Under the pieces are notes generated by a model, which worked only from the letters and a program-made list of their open reading frames with translations, had not been told where the DNA came from and made no database searches. A stretch of 64,000 bases of DNA from NCBI GenBank assembly GCA_963727485.1, contig CAVSGM010000009.1:1-64000 (forward strand), read 5' to 3'. Shown in pieces: positions 21,679 to 32,379 of this stretch. The stretch's first letter is position 1, and every line of letters starts with the position of its first letter. The stretch is from an uncultured delta proteobacterium. Lineage in GTDB: Bacteria > Myxococcota > Myxococcia > SLRQ01. A program made the translations under genes and the position numbers.

Positions 21679-22965
21679 ATGAAGCGGTTCGCCGTCGCCC
21701 TCGCCGCCGTGCCCCTCGTCCTCTTCGCCGCCGGGTGCCCCCAGACGGGCGCCGGGGGCTCCGATGGCGGCGGCACCGTCACCGACGGGGGCACGACCGG
21801 TGGGACCGACGGCGGCCCCGTCGCCGACGCCGGCACCCCCGACGCCGGCTGCGGCGGCCTCGTGGCCCCGAGCCAGGCGTCCTGCTGCACCAGCTGCTCC
21901 GGGGACGTGAACGGCTGCCAGGCCAACGGCTGCTACGGCGGCTGGTGGTGCGATCCCTCGGCCTGCGCCTGCGCCCCGGCGCCCGCCGGGTGCACCGCCC
22001 CGCCCCCGCCCGCCGACGGCGGCACCCCCGACGCCGGCCCGCCACCCCCGGTCGACGCCGGCACCCCCGACGCCGGCCCGCCCGTCGACGGCGGCTACTG
22101 CAACGGCCTCGCCGTGCCCAACACCCCCTCCTGCTGCCACAGCTGCAGCTCGGGCTCCGGCACCTGCCAGCCCAACGGCTGCTACGGCGGCTGGATGTGC
22201 AACCCCAGCAGCTGCTACTGCAAGTCGCCGCCGGCGACCTGCACCACCGGCGCCACCGACGGCGGCACCCCCGACGCCGGCCCGCCCCCCACCGACGGCG
22301 GCCCCGCCCCCGGCTGCACCACCGCCGGCAGCTGGCCCGCCGAGACCGGGCCGCTCGCCTGCTCCAGCCCCGGCTGCTACCTGAACAGCCAGCAGGGCTC
22401 CGACCCCTGCGGCAAGTGGTGCTGGAGCACCAAGACCGGCACCGACAGCGACAAGGGGAGCATCGACCTCTCCCAGGTGGTCCAGACCACCATCGCCCAG
22501 ATGGACGCCCTGCAGGGCCCGCCATATCTCCTCACCTGCGGCGCCAGCGGGGGCTACTGCAGCTGCCCCTACCCGCCCCGGGAGAGCCCCGCGGGCGACA
22601 CCGTCTACGAGCTGAAGAACGTCCACGTCTCGGAGATCGGCCTCGAGGCCGACAGCGACTACCACATGGACCTCGACGACGGGCAGGGCCACGACATGGT
22701 CGCCGAGATCCCCTTCCCCGGCTGCGTGGGCAGCTCCAGCGTCGTGGGCTGCAACATCAGCCACGCCCGGGCCGCCGTGGACGCCGTGACCCCGCCCCAG
22801 AGCGCCGGCGACGCCGTGAACCTCACCGCGACGATCATCGGCGTGGGCTTCTTCGATTTCGTCCACAACCCGCCGGTGCAGGGCTCCGCCGCCAACGGCG
22901 TGGAGCTCCACCCGGTGCTGCGGATGTGCTTCGGCCTGGACTGCGACCCCCTGGCCGCGCCGTGA
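21679..22965 (+). CDS. Cys-rich lipoprotein with duplicated 10-Cys module and conserved C-terminal domain
   Basis: Lipobox AAGC; DAG/DGG linkers; C-terminal DSDYH, AEIP, GVGFFD and ELHPV motifs. Confidence 0.85.
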   Translation: MKRFAVALAAVPLVLFAAGCPQTGAGGSDGGGTVTDGGTTGGTDGGPVADAGTPDAGCGGLVAPSQASCCTSCSGDVNGCQANGCYGGWWCDPSACACAPAPAGCTAPPPPADGGTPDAGPPPPVDAGTPDAGPPVDGGYCNGLAVPNTPSCCHSCSSGSGTCQPNGCYGGWMCNPSSCYCKSPPATCTTGATDGGTPDAGPPPTDGGPAPGCTTAGSWPAETGPLACSSPGCYLNSQQGSDPCGKWCWSTKTGTDSDKGSIDLSQVVQTTIAQMDALQGPPYLLTCGASGGYCSCPYPPRESPAGDTVYELKNVHVSEIGLEADSDYHMDLDDGQGHDMVAEIPFPGCVGSSSVVGCNISHARAAVDAVTPPQSAGDAVNLTATIIGVGFFDFVHNPPVQGSAANGVELHPVLRMCFGLDCDPLAAP

Positions 22966-23032
22966 TCCGCGAGGCCCGGGGGGCATCGAGGCGGCGCTCG
23001 ACCCGGCGCCGGCGATGTCGCATGCTCCCCCC

Positions 23033-23896
23033 ATGACCGACGTCCTCGACCGCCTCGTCCACCTCCTGTCCCTCGAGCGCATCGAGGAGAACCTCTACCG
23101 CGGCGGCTCCCAGGACCCGGGCTGGGGCACCGTCTTCGGCGGGCAGGTCCTGGGCCAGGCCCTCTCGGCGGCGGCCCACACCGTCCCCGAGGCGCGCCAG
23201 GTCCACTCGATGCACGGCTACTTCCTGCTCCCCGGGGACGTGTCCAAGCCCATCGTCTACGACGTCGACCGCATCCGCGATGGCGGCAGCTTCACCACCC
23301 GGCGGGTCAAGGCCATCCAGAACGGCCGGGCCATCTTCCACCTCTCGGCGTCGTTCCAGAAGCCCGAGGACGGCTTCGACCACGCCGACCCGATGCCCGA
23401 GGTCCCGGGTCCCGAGGGGCTGCCCAGCCAGGCCGAGCTCGCCCGCCGGTACGCCGACCGCATCCCCGAGCCCCTGCGCTCCCGGGTCACCGCCGACGGC
23501 CCCGTCGAGATCCGCCCGGTGGATCCCATGGACCCCATGAAGCCCGACGTGCGCCCACCCCACAGCGCCGCCTGGTTCCGCGCCGCCGGGACCCTGCCGG
23601 ACACCCCGGCGCTACACCGGGCGCTGCTGGCCTACGCCTCGGACTTCGCCTTCCTCGCCACCGCCATGTACCCCCACGGGGTCTCCTGGCTGATGCCGGG
23701 GATGCAGGTGGCCACCCTCGACCACTCCATCTGGTACCACCGGCCCCTGCGCGCCGACCGCTGGCTCCTCCACGTGGTGGAGAGCCCCTCGGCCAGCGGC
23801 GGCAGGGGCCTGGTCCGCGGGCGGATGTTCACCGAGGACGGGGTCCTCGTCGCCTCCACCATGCAGGAGGGGCTCATCCGCCAGCGGACCCGGTGA
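23033..23896 (+). CDS. tesB: Acyl-CoA thioesterase II
   Basis: VFGGQVLGQAL, HSMHGYFL, RDGGSFTTRRV, LDHSIWYH and QEGLIR motifs. Confidence 0.95.
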   Translation: MTDVLDRLVHLLSLERIEENLYRGGSQDPGWGTVFGGQVLGQALSAAAHTVPEARQVHSMHGYFLLPGDVSKPIVYDVDRIRDGGSFTTRRVKAIQNGRAIFHLSASFQKPEDGFDHADPMPEVPGPEGLPSQAELARRYADRIPEPLRSRVTADGPVEIRPVDPMDPMKPDVRPPHSAAWFRAAGTLPDTPALHRALLAYASDFAFLATAMYPHGVSWLMPGMQVATLDHSIWYHRPLRADRWLLHVVESPSASGGRGLVRGRMFTEDGVLVASTMQEGLIRQRTR

Positions 23897-23900
23897 GCGG

Positions 23901-25994
23901 CTACATCCCGTACCAGAGGCCGAGGCCGGCGTCGGTCCCGAAGTACTTCAGGTCCTGGCTGTCGATGTAGACCGCGAGGATGTTGTTCGAGGGCAGGCCG
24001 TCGGCCTTGGTGATCATCAGGAACTGGCCCACCCCTTCGTCGAAGCGGAAGGCGCCGCCGCCCTGGGTGCCGCCCCAGACCACGCCCTTGGAGTCGAGGG
24101 CGAGGCAGGTGACCTGGGTGTTCTTGAGCCCCTGGTTCTGGCCGTAGTTCTTCCAGTTCCAGTTGCCGGGGCTCCCCACCAGGTGGCTGATGCCCCGGTC
24201 GGACCCCACCCACACCTCGCCGTTGCGCGTGGCGACCGCGGTGAGGTTCCGCGAGGCGAGGCCGTCGGTGGGGTAGCGGGTGAAGCTGCCCGACGCCGGG
24301 TCGTAGCTCACCAGGCCGTGGCCGGTGGCCATGTAGACCGTGCCGTCGGCGGCGACCGCCAGGTCGGTGACCTGGTCGGAGCCGTTCCAGGCGCCGCCGT
24401 CGTAGCCCCGGGTGTTGCCACCGGGAGAGACCACGAAGAGGCCCTGGTCGGTGGCCGCGATCACCGTGCCGTCGGCCAGCACCACCACCTTGTTCACGTG
24501 ACGGGTGCCCAGGGCATTGTCCAGGGCGTTGCCGTAGCTCTGGCAGGTGAGCGAACCGGCGCTCCCGGTGCACACCGAGAGCCCGCCGGTGGCCCCGAAG
24601 GCGATGGGCCCGGTGGCGCTGTTCTGGGCCGCCGAGGTCGGCGTCCCGCCCACCTGGGCCTGGCCGGTGGTCACCGTGATCACCGCGGTGCCGTTGTCGA
24701 CGTAGCCGCCGCCGGTGGCCATCCAGGTGCCGCCGCCCGGCGCCCCGGAGATGCCGCTGACCGTCTGGCCGTTCATCTGGGTCGAGGTCAGGGGCCCGGT
24801 GGCCGGGTTGACGTAGAGCACGCGGGTCGCCGAGCTGGTGGCCCCGGCGGAGTCGGTGGCCGAGAAGGTGACCGCGTACTTCCCGGGCTGGGCGCTGGCG
24901 ATGCTGGCGGTGGCGCCGGTGCCCATGGCTCCCATCACCGGATCGGACCAGGTGCCGCTGGCGCTGATGTCCCCGTCCTCGGGGTCGATGGCGCTGCCGG
25001 TGAACGACACCGCGCTCCCCTGGGAGAACTGGGCGCCGTCGCTGGCGGGCTGGGTGATGGTCACGTTCGGCGGCTGGTTGGCCTTCTGGTAGTCGATGCT
25101 GATGGTGTCGGTGGCCGTCTTCCCCGCCGCGTCGGTGAAGCTGGCGGTGATGGTGTGGGTCCCGGCGGTGGCCAGCGCCGTCTGGATGTTCTGGCCCACG
25201 CCGATCTGGTTGCCGTCGGACTTCCAGATCACCGTGTAGGGCGCAGGATCCTGGGTGAGCACCGTCGACCGGAAGTCGATGGTGTCGCCGAAGGTGAGCT
25301 GGGCCCCGTCCTGCGGGCTGTCGATGCGGATGGCCGGCTCACCGACGGTGACGGTGATGGAGTCGGAGCCCGTGTCCCCGGCGGCGTCGGAGGCGTTGCA
25401 GGCCACCGTGTGCTGGCCGTCGGGGAGCGCCGTCTGGACCCCGGCGCCGATGCCAATCTGGGTGCCGTCGCTGGTCCACTTGATGTTGGCGTTGGCCACC
25501 CCGGCCCCGCCCTTGCTCACCTGGCACTGGAAGGTGATGGTGGCGCCGCTCTGGAAGATCGCCCGGTCCTGGGGCCGGGTGATCTTCACCGTGAGCGGTG
25601 GCACCGCGACCGTGATGCTCACCGACGCCGTCCCCTTGGTCCCGTCCGCCGCGGTGGCGGTGAGGGTGATGACGTGGGTCCCCAAGGTGGCGAGCGCCGT
25701 GCGCACCGTGGCGCCGCGGCCGATGGTCCCCGAGAGGCTGGAGCTCCACACCAGGTTGGCGTTGGGGATGGCGGTGTTCGATCGGGTGTCGGTGGCGGTC
25801 CCGTCGAAGCGGATGGTGTCACCGGGGGCGTAGGTGTCCCCGTCGTGGGGCCGGTTGATGGTCACCTGGATGACCCCGCCCCCGCTCTTCCCGCCGGTCC
25901 CGCCGTCGCTGCCGGTCCCGGCGGCGTCGGTGCCGCCGCAGGCCGTGGCCGTGACCAACAGACAGAGCATTCCCAGTGTGGCGATGCGTCGCAT
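23901..25994 (-). CDS. Lipoprotein with 4 Ig/PKD-like repeats and C-terminal beta-propeller
   Basis: Lipobox TAC; repeats W.S..G.IG.G..V.TAL..G.H.IT; propeller motif DGLPSNNI..VYID. Confidence 0.85.
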   Translation of the reverse strand: MRRIATLGMLCLLVTATACGGTDAAGTGSDGGTGGKSGGGVIQVTINRPHDGDTYAPGDTIRFDGTATDTRSNTAIPNANLVWSSSLSGTIGRGATVRTALATLGTHVITLTATAADGTKGTASVSITVAVPPLTVKITRPQDRAIFQSGATITFQCQVSKGGAGVANANIKWTSDGTQIGIGAGVQTALPDGQHTVACNASDAAGDTGSDSITVTVGEPAIRIDSPQDGAQLTFGDTIDFRSTVLTQDPAPYTVIWKSDGNQIGVGQNIQTALATAGTHTITASFTDAAGKTATDTISIDYQKANQPPNVTITQPASDGAQFSQGSAVSFTGSAIDPEDGDISASGTWSDPVMGAMGTGATASIASAQPGKYAVTFSATDSAGATSSATRVLYVNPATGPLTSTQMNGQTVSGISGAPGGGTWMATGGGYVDNGTAVITVTTGQAQVGGTPTSAAQNSATGPIAFGATGGLSVCTGSAGSLTCQSYGNALDNALGTRHVNKVVVLADGTVIAATDQGLFVVSPGGNTRGYDGGAWNGSDQVTDLAVAADGTVYMATGHGLVSYDPASGSFTRYPTDGLASRNLTAVATRNGEVWVGSDRGISHLVGSPGNWNWKNYGQNQGLKNTQVTCLALDSKGVVWGGTQGGGAFRFDEGVGQFLMITKADGLPSNNILAVYIDSQDLKYFGTDAGLGLWYGM

Positions 25995-26031
25995 GACGTC
26001 CCTCCGTGTTCCCGAGCGGGGTGAGGCCGGC

Positions 26032-28831
26032 CTACTGGCCGGTATAGCGGGCGAGTCCGCTCTGGGTGCCGAAGACCTTGGTGTGATCGGGGAGGACCAC
26101 GATGGCGTTGACCTGGTTGCTCGGCAGCCCATCGGCGGTGGTCAGGTTCATGAACGAGGGGATGGTGGGGTCGAAGCGGCTGACCCCGCCGGTGGTCCCG
26201 CACCAGATGACGTCCCGGGGCAGCCCGCCGATGGTCGGGCGGTCGATGGCCAGCGCCATCACCGTGTTCGCGGCCAGGCCCGGGGTGGGCGCGTCCAGCC
26301 AGGTGCTCCAGGTGTCCGCGGTCTTGCTGTAGCGGCCCAGGCCCTGGTCGGAGCCGACCCACACCGCGTCGCCCTGGGTGCCGAGGGCCACCGCGTAGAG
26401 GTTGTCCGAGGGCGCCCCGTCCTGGCGCCGCCACCGGCCGAGGAACCCGTTGGCACCACCGCCCCCGCCGAGCTGCGCCGGGTCGAGGTGGTAGAGGCCG
26501 TTGCCGCGGGTGGCGACCCAGATGGTGCTCCCGTCCACGGCGATGCCCCGGACGTCGCGGCCGTCGAGGTAGCGCTGGCCCCGGCTCGAGCCCTGGGGGT
26601 TCTGGGGGATGAACAGGCCGTTTCGGGTCCCGACCACCAGCATCGGCTGCCCGTTGGAGTCGGTGAGCGCCGCGATGGCCTGCACCGTGTCCGAGGGCAG
26701 GTCCTGCCCCTGGTAGCGCTGGCAGCTGGCCTGGTCGATGCCGGTGGTGGTGCTGTAGTTGCACACCAGGTAGCCGCTGCCCTGGGTCCCGATGAGCGCC
26801 CGGCCGTTCGCCTCGTCGAGGACGATGGTGTTGGCGTCGTCCGGGAGGTTCGGGACGTTCAGGGTCGGCGCGGCGGTGGTGCTGGTGCCGTCCTGGCGCC
26901 AGAATCTGGGTGCTCTGGTTGCCCACCGAGAGCATCCCGGTGGAGTCGACGGCGAGGCTCCGGGTCCGCAGATCCTGGACCGTGGTGTTGTAGGTCGAGA
27001 ACGGCTGGACCAGGTTCCCGGTCGCCGGCATCACCGTGAAGCTCCGGGTGGCGGTACCCAGGCCCCCGTTCCCGTCGTCGGCGGTGAGGAACACCGTGTG
27101 GTGGCCCAGGGACGGCGTGGCGAGGCTCGCCGAGGTCCCGGTCCCGAAGGCGCCGGAGAAGGAGTCGGTCCAGGTGAAGGTCAGGGCGTTGCCGTCGGGA
27201 TCCGATCCGGTGCCCGTGAAGTCCACCGGAGTGGTGCCGTTGAAGGGCTGGGTCGTCGAGCCCCCCTGGCTCATGGAGGTGATCTGCGCGGTGGGCCGCT
27301 GGTTCACCAGGATGGTCACGGTGGCGGTGCAGGTGAGCCCGCCGGAGTCGGTGCCGGTGAGGGTGATGGTCCGGGTGCCCGCCTGGGCCACGGTGAACAT
27401 GGTGTTGGTCTGGGCCCGGTTGCCCAGGGCGGTGCCCAGGTCGTCGGCCCAGCTCGCCGTCGGCTGCTGGCCGGTGATCGACGGATCCTCGGCGTCGGTG
27501 ATGGTCGCGGAGAGGGGCACCTGGTCGCCCACCTGGACGATGGCGCCGTTCGTCGGCGTGTTGATGGCGCAGGTCGGCGCGGTGTTGGCGTTGACGTGGA
27601 TGGTGACCGAGGTGCACCCCTTGAGGGTCGCGTCGACCGGGTCGGTGGCGCAGAGGGAGACCACCCGGTCGCCGGAGGTGGCCAGGGCCGTCTGCACCGT
27701 GCCGCCGAGGCCGATCTGCCCGTCCACGTCGGTGGTCCAGGTGAGGCCCGTCGGGGCCTGGTTGGAGTCGGGGTCGGTGCACGACCCGATGAAGCTGATG
27801 GTCTGCCCCACCAGGAAGCTCGAGCCGTCCTGGGGATGGTTGATGGTGCACGCCGGCGGGATGTTGCTCACCACGTGGATGGTGATGGTCGCCGAGCCGG
27901 TGGCGCCGGTGTTGTCGGTGGCGGAGAAGGTGATGGTGTGGTCACCGAGGGGCAGCGCCGTGGTCACGGTGGCGCCCAGGCCGATGGGGCCGCTCTGGTC
28001 GGCCCAGGTCAGGCTCCCCGGGGTGAGGGTGCTCCCGGCCGCGGGGGTGGCGGTCCCGGTGAAGGTGATGCTGTCGGTGGGCCGGTAGTAGCTGCCGTCG
28101 GCGGGGGCGTTGATCTTCACCGTGGGCGCCACGTGGTTGACGACGTCCACGGTGACCGTGGCGCTGCCGGTCTTGCCGTTGGAGTCGGTGGCGGTGCAGG
28201 TGATGGTGTGGGTGCCGGCGGTGGCGAGCCCCGTGCGCACCGTGGCGCCGATGCCGATCTGCCCGTCGAGGCTGCTGGTCCACACGATGTTGGCGTTGGA
28301 CACCGTCGCGCCCGTGGGCGGGGTCACCGTGGCCGTGAAGTTGATGGCCTCGCCGATGGCGGCCTGGTGGCCGGCCTTCGGCGAGGTGATGGTCACCTGG
28401 GGCACGTCGGCGGCGGTGAGGGTGAGCTTGATGCTCGCCGAGGCCGAGTGGCCCGCCTTGTCGGTGGCGGTGAGGGTGATGGTCTGGGCCCCGACGGTGG
28501 TCAGGGCGGTGGTCACCGTGGCGCCGAGGCCGAGGGCCCCGTCCTTGTCGCTGGTCCAGGACAGGGCGTTGCCGGTGAGGGTGCCGTCCACCGGGTCGGT
28601 GGCCGAGCCGGTGAAGGTGATGGAGGTGCCCGCCGCGTAGCTGGCGCCGTCCGCCGGGGCACTGATGGTGACCGTGGGCTGCTGGGTGCCGCCGTCGGTG
28701 CCGCCCCCGCCGTCGGCCTGGGTGGTTCCGCCGTCCTGGCCGCCGGCGGCCTGGGTCCCGCCGCAGGCGGTCCCGAGGAACATGGTGGAGACGAGCAGAG
28801 AGACAATCGTAACGTTGCGCAGGCCGGTCAT
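26032..28831 (-). CDS. Lipoprotein with 6 Ig/PKD-like repeats and beta-propeller (frameshift near 26902)
   Basis: Same architecture as the neighbouring gene; the propeller (DGLPSNQV) continues in the adjacent frame. Confidence 0.82.
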
Positions 28832-28928
28832 TGGCACCCTCCGTGGGGGATCCGAGTGGGGACCCATCGAAGGGAAGACCGGACGGCCACCGGGGCGGCC
28901 ACGCCAATCTTTACGCCTACCTACGCGC

Positions 28929-29906
28929 CTACTGACACACGTCGACGCCGGTGTCGGACATCCCGGTACACGCGGATCCCGAGGGGCACTGGCTGTCGTC
29001 GGCGCAGGGCACGGTGCAGGCGTGGTGGACGCAGAGGCCGTCCTCGGAGAGCCCCGGGAGGCTGCAGTCCGCGTCGGTGTTGCAGGACGATCCGTCCTGG
29101 AAGTGGGTGACCGCGTCGCAGGAGCCGGCCTCGGGGAGGCAGATCCGCAGGGCCAGGTCGCTCACGTCGCTGCAGCTGTAGCCTCCGGGGCAGTCGGCGT
29201 CTCCCTGGCACTCCCGGGTGCACACCTGCTCGGAGACGTCCCCGGCGAGGTGGACCACGCACCGGCCCCCGGTGCCGCAGTCGCTGTCCACGGTGCAGGT
29301 CTGGCAGAAGGGCACCGAGGCGGTGGTGCCGGAGGCGAGGAGGTGGAGCGCGGTGTCGGTGGCGCTCCCGGCGTCGAGGCAGACCCCGGTGGTGCTCTGG
29401 TGGTGGTTCGGGTGCCGGGCGAAGACCTGGTAGCACCCGTCGGGGAGCCCGGTGAGCTCGAAGCGGCCGCCGGCGCCGGTGGTGGTGGTCACCGGCAGGC
29501 CCTGGATCCCCACCGAGGTCGCGGCGCCGTCGTCGCCGCCCTCGAGGGTGATGATGCCGTCGAGGGTGGCGCCGGGGCTCGGCTGGAAGGTCACGGCGTT
29601 CTGGCGGTCGCCGAAGACGGTCACCGACTGGTGGACCGCCTGGCCCAGGCCGGTGCTGGCGAGGACGTCCACGCCCCCCGGCGGGAGCCCCTCGATCTCG
29701 AAGTGCCCCGAGGCGTCGACGGTGGTCTGCACCGCCTGGCCGCCCCCGGCGGGCCGCGCCACCACCCAGGCCGTCGCCGGATCGACCTTGCCCGCGAGCG
29801 TCCCCTCCAGGGCGCCGTCGTGGACGAAGGGCCCGTTGGAGAGGCCGCCGCAGCCCCCGAGGAGGGCGGCGAGGGCGAGGGCGATGAGGGGCCTTTGGGC
29901 GCGCAT
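28929..29906 (-). CDS. Lipoprotein with carboxypeptidase-regulatory-like beta domains and Cys-rich C-terminus
   Basis: Lipobox LGGC; G.F.I.GLP.G repeats; C..D.DC..GY.C modules. Confidence 0.82.
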   Translation of the reverse strand: MRAQRPLIALALAALLGGCGGLSNGPFVHDGALEGTLAGKVDPATAWVVARPAGGGQAVQTTVDASGHFEIEGLPPGGVDVLASTGLGQAVHQSVTVFGDRQNAVTFQPSPGATLDGIITLEGGDDGAATSVGIQGLPVTTTTGAGGRFELTGLPDGCYQVFARHPNHHQSTTGVCLDAGSATDTALHLLASGTTASVPFCQTCTVDSDCGTGGRCVVHLAGDVSEQVCTRECQGDADCPGGYSCSDVSDLALRICLPEAGSCDAVTHFQDGSSCNTDADCSLPGLSEDGLCVHHACTVPCADDSQCPSGSACTGMSDTGVDVCQ

Positions 29907-29917
29907 GACCATCCTCG

Positions 29918-31579
29918 CTAGAACCGGAGGCCGACGCCGGCGGTGAGGGTCCCGGTGGCGACCGACTGGACCTGGCCGTTCACCACCAGCGGCAGGTAGT
30001 GGAGCTGGCCCTCGAGCTGGAGCTCGAAGCGGCCGTGCTCGAAGGCGGCCCCGGCGACCACGCCGGGCATCAGGGTGGCGAAGGACTGGATGGAATCGAG
30101 GCCCGTGGGCCGCAGATCCCGGGTGAGCGAGAGGAAGGCGAGGTGGGGCCCACCGTAGAGGCGCAGGGGCCCGAAGGTGTGGGCCACGGCGGCGCCGAGG
30201 CCAATGCGGAGGGCTGTGACGGTCTGGGGCACGGTGAAGCCACCTACCTGTACGACCTGGCTGCCCCCGGCGGTGGCCACATCGAAGATGGGATCGAGGC
30301 CGTGCCAGGGCGCGTCGCGCAGGCGCAGGGACACGCCCGGGCCCGCCACCGGCCCGGCGACGCTGTGCGCCAGCGACCCGTTGAGGAGGGCGAACCCGCC
30401 GTAGCGCACCGACACCGTCCACCGGGGCCGGGCCTGGTCGACCAGGTCCTCCACCGGGAGGCGCTCCCCGGGCGAGAGGTCGACCCGGCCCTGGAAGGCC
30501 AGGTGCCCGCCCCGGGCGATGGTGAGCTCCTGGGGCCCGGTGTCGAGGACCACGTTCCCCGGCAGGGCCCCCTTGGACCGGCCGCCGCTCTTCACCGTGA
30601 ACCCGGCGAGGCCCGCGGCGTAGCTGTAGAGCACCGGCAGCCCCGGGCGCTTGACCCTTCCCGCGAGGAGGATGGGATCGGCGCCGACCACCTCCGCCTC
30701 CACGGTGGGGACCTGGCGGCCGGCGGTGTAGGCGTAGGTGTGGCGCCTCGCGTAGTCGTGGGCCTCGGTGGCGCTCACCGCCCCGTCGCCGTTGGCGTCG
30801 GCGCCCTTGAGCAGCGCCTGGACGAAGAAGTGGGTGTAGACGTCGTTCTCGAGGCGGTCGTCCTCCCGGGCCGGCTGGTCGAAGCTCGAGGCCGAGAGGA
30901 CCAGGGACGCGTGGCTCACCGACTCCAGGGTGGGCAGGGGCCCCTTGACGCCCCTGAGGGCCCGGGTCGCCGCCGGGGTGAGCAGGCTGCGGGTGCCGCT
31001 GTCGCAGGAGGCGAGGATCAGGGCCTTGCGCTTCGCCGGCAGCGCGTCGAAGGCGTGCTCGAGATCGGGGACCGCCAGGCCCGTGTCCAGGAGGTCGTCG
31101 TGGCGGGTGTCCGGGAGGACCACCGTGCGCTCGAGGCCACCCTTGGGCGTCGGGGCCAGGGTCCCGTGGGAGGAGACGTAGACCAGGACCGTGTCGTCGG
31201 CCCGGGGGGCGAGGGTGGCCAGCTGGTGCACCGCCGCCAGGACCGCGGCCCGGCTCCTCGCCGCGTCGCCGGTGAGGATCTCCACGTGGTCGAAGCCGCC
31301 GATGGCCGGGTCCTTCAGGGCCCGGCCCAGATCCTCGGCGTCCTTGGCGGCCCAGCGCAGGCCCGGCCACCAGGGGTCCTCGAAGTGGTCCACGCCGATG
31401 AGCAGCGCCACCTTGCGCGGCCGCGCCGCCTGCTCGACCTGCCGCGGCGAGACCGAGGCGATGGGCACCAGGCCGTCGCCCTTGAGGTGCACCGGGCCGG
31501 CCCGCCCCACGCAGGCGGTCAGGCCGGCGAGGAGGACCACGCCAGCGCCGACCAGCGGCGGCCTGCGACGGCACCTCAT
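29918..31579 (-). CDS. Caspase-like (peptidase C14) lipoprotein with C-terminal beta-barrel
   Basis: ALLIGVD, YVSSHG (His) and ILASCDSG (Cys) dyad, YTHFFVQAL; amphipathic strands ending GVGLRF. Confidence 0.9.
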   Translation of the reverse strand: MRCRRRPPLVGAGVVLLAGLTACVGRAGPVHLKGDGLVPIASVSPRQVEQAARPRKVALLIGVDHFEDPWWPGLRWAAKDAEDLGRALKDPAIGGFDHVEILTGDAARSRAAVLAAVHQLATLAPRADDTVLVYVSSHGTLAPTPKGGLERTVVLPDTRHDDLLDTGLAVPDLEHAFDALPAKRKALILASCDSGTRSLLTPAATRALRGVKGPLPTLESVSHASLVLSASSFDQPAREDDRLENDVYTHFFVQALLKGADANGDGAVSATEAHDYARRHTYAYTAGRQVPTVEAEVVGADPILLAGRVKRPGLPVLYSYAAGLAGFTVKSGGRSKGALPGNVVLDTGPQELTIARGGHLAFQGRVDLSPGERLPVEDLVDQARPRWTVSVRYGGFALLNGSLAHSVAGPVAGPGVSLRLRDAPWHGLDPIFDVATAGGSQVVQVGGFTVPQTVTALRIGLGAAVAHTFGPLRLYGGPHLAFLSLTRDLRPTGLDSIQSFATLMPGVVAGAAFEHGRFELQLEGQLHYLPLVVNGQVQSVATGTLTAGVGLRF

Positions 31580-31584
31580 GGGCT

Positions 31585-32379
31585 TCAGGGTACCTCAGGC
31601 GCCTCGGCGGGCGCGACCGTGAGCCCCAGGTGATCGGCGCCGGGGACCGCCTCGCCGGCGGCGAGCTTCCGGCGCACCGCGGCGCCATCCTGGGCCCCGG
31701 TCTCCGGGACCAGCCAGAGGTCGAGCGTCCCCGCCTTGGCGAGGGGCAGGCCCAGGGTGGCGCCCTGGTGCTCGAGGACGTGGCTCCCGGCGGGGAGGCA
31801 GACGGGGGCATCGAGGAGCGGCTCGGGGCCGTGGTCCCGGCGCCAGAGCTGGACGCAGCCCGGGGCGTCGAGGTGGACCCGGAACACCAGGGTCGAGCCC
31901 ACGGGGACCCGGCTCCCTGGCGCCACCGGGGTCAGGGCGGTCCCGGCGGCGCCGGCGCGGTAGACCTCGAGGCGGGTGGCCGGGGCGGTGGCGTGCCCCT
32001 TGAGGCGGGAGGTCCCCGGGCCGGTGACGGGCTGGCCGGTCTGGACCACCAGGAGGGCCACCGCCGCCGCCGCGGCGACCGCGCCCACCAGGCCCGCGGC
32101 GACCCGGGTGAGGGTCCGGGCCGGGCGGCGGACCTCCCGGCGGATGCGCTCGAAGGCGAGGTCGTCCCGGAGGGGCTCGGATGGGGCGAGGCCGTAGAGG
32201 GCGTCGTCGACCACTCCGTCGAGGGGGTCGACCTCGCCCCGGGTGGCGGCGTCGGCGAGGAAGGCCTCGCAGGTGTCGCACCCGGCCTCGAGGTGGTCGG
32301 CGAGGGCCCGGCGGGCGCCTGGGTCGAGGGCACCCTCGAGGAAGGCGTGCCAGGTCTTGCTGTCGAGATGGGCCGTCAT
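31585..32379 (-). CDS. ZAS-type anti-sigma factor with TM helix and periplasmic domain
   Basis: H..HLEAGCDTC zinc motif, one TM segment, RLKG then a beta-rich (DUF4384-like) domain; overlaps the sigma stop. Confidence 0.8.
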   Translation of the reverse strand: MTAHLDSKTWHAFLEGALDPGARRALADHLEAGCDTCEAFLADAATRGEVDPLDGVVDDALYGLAPSEPLRDDLAFERIRREVRRPARTLTRVAAGLVGAVAAAAAVALLVVQTGQPVTGPGTSRLKGHATAPATRLEVYRAGAAGTALTPVAPGSRVPVGSTLVFRVHLDAPGCVQLWRRDHGPEPLLDAPVCLPAGSHVLEHQGATLGLPLAKAGTLDLWLVPETGAQDGAAVRRKLAAGEAVPGADHLGLTVAPAEAPEVP

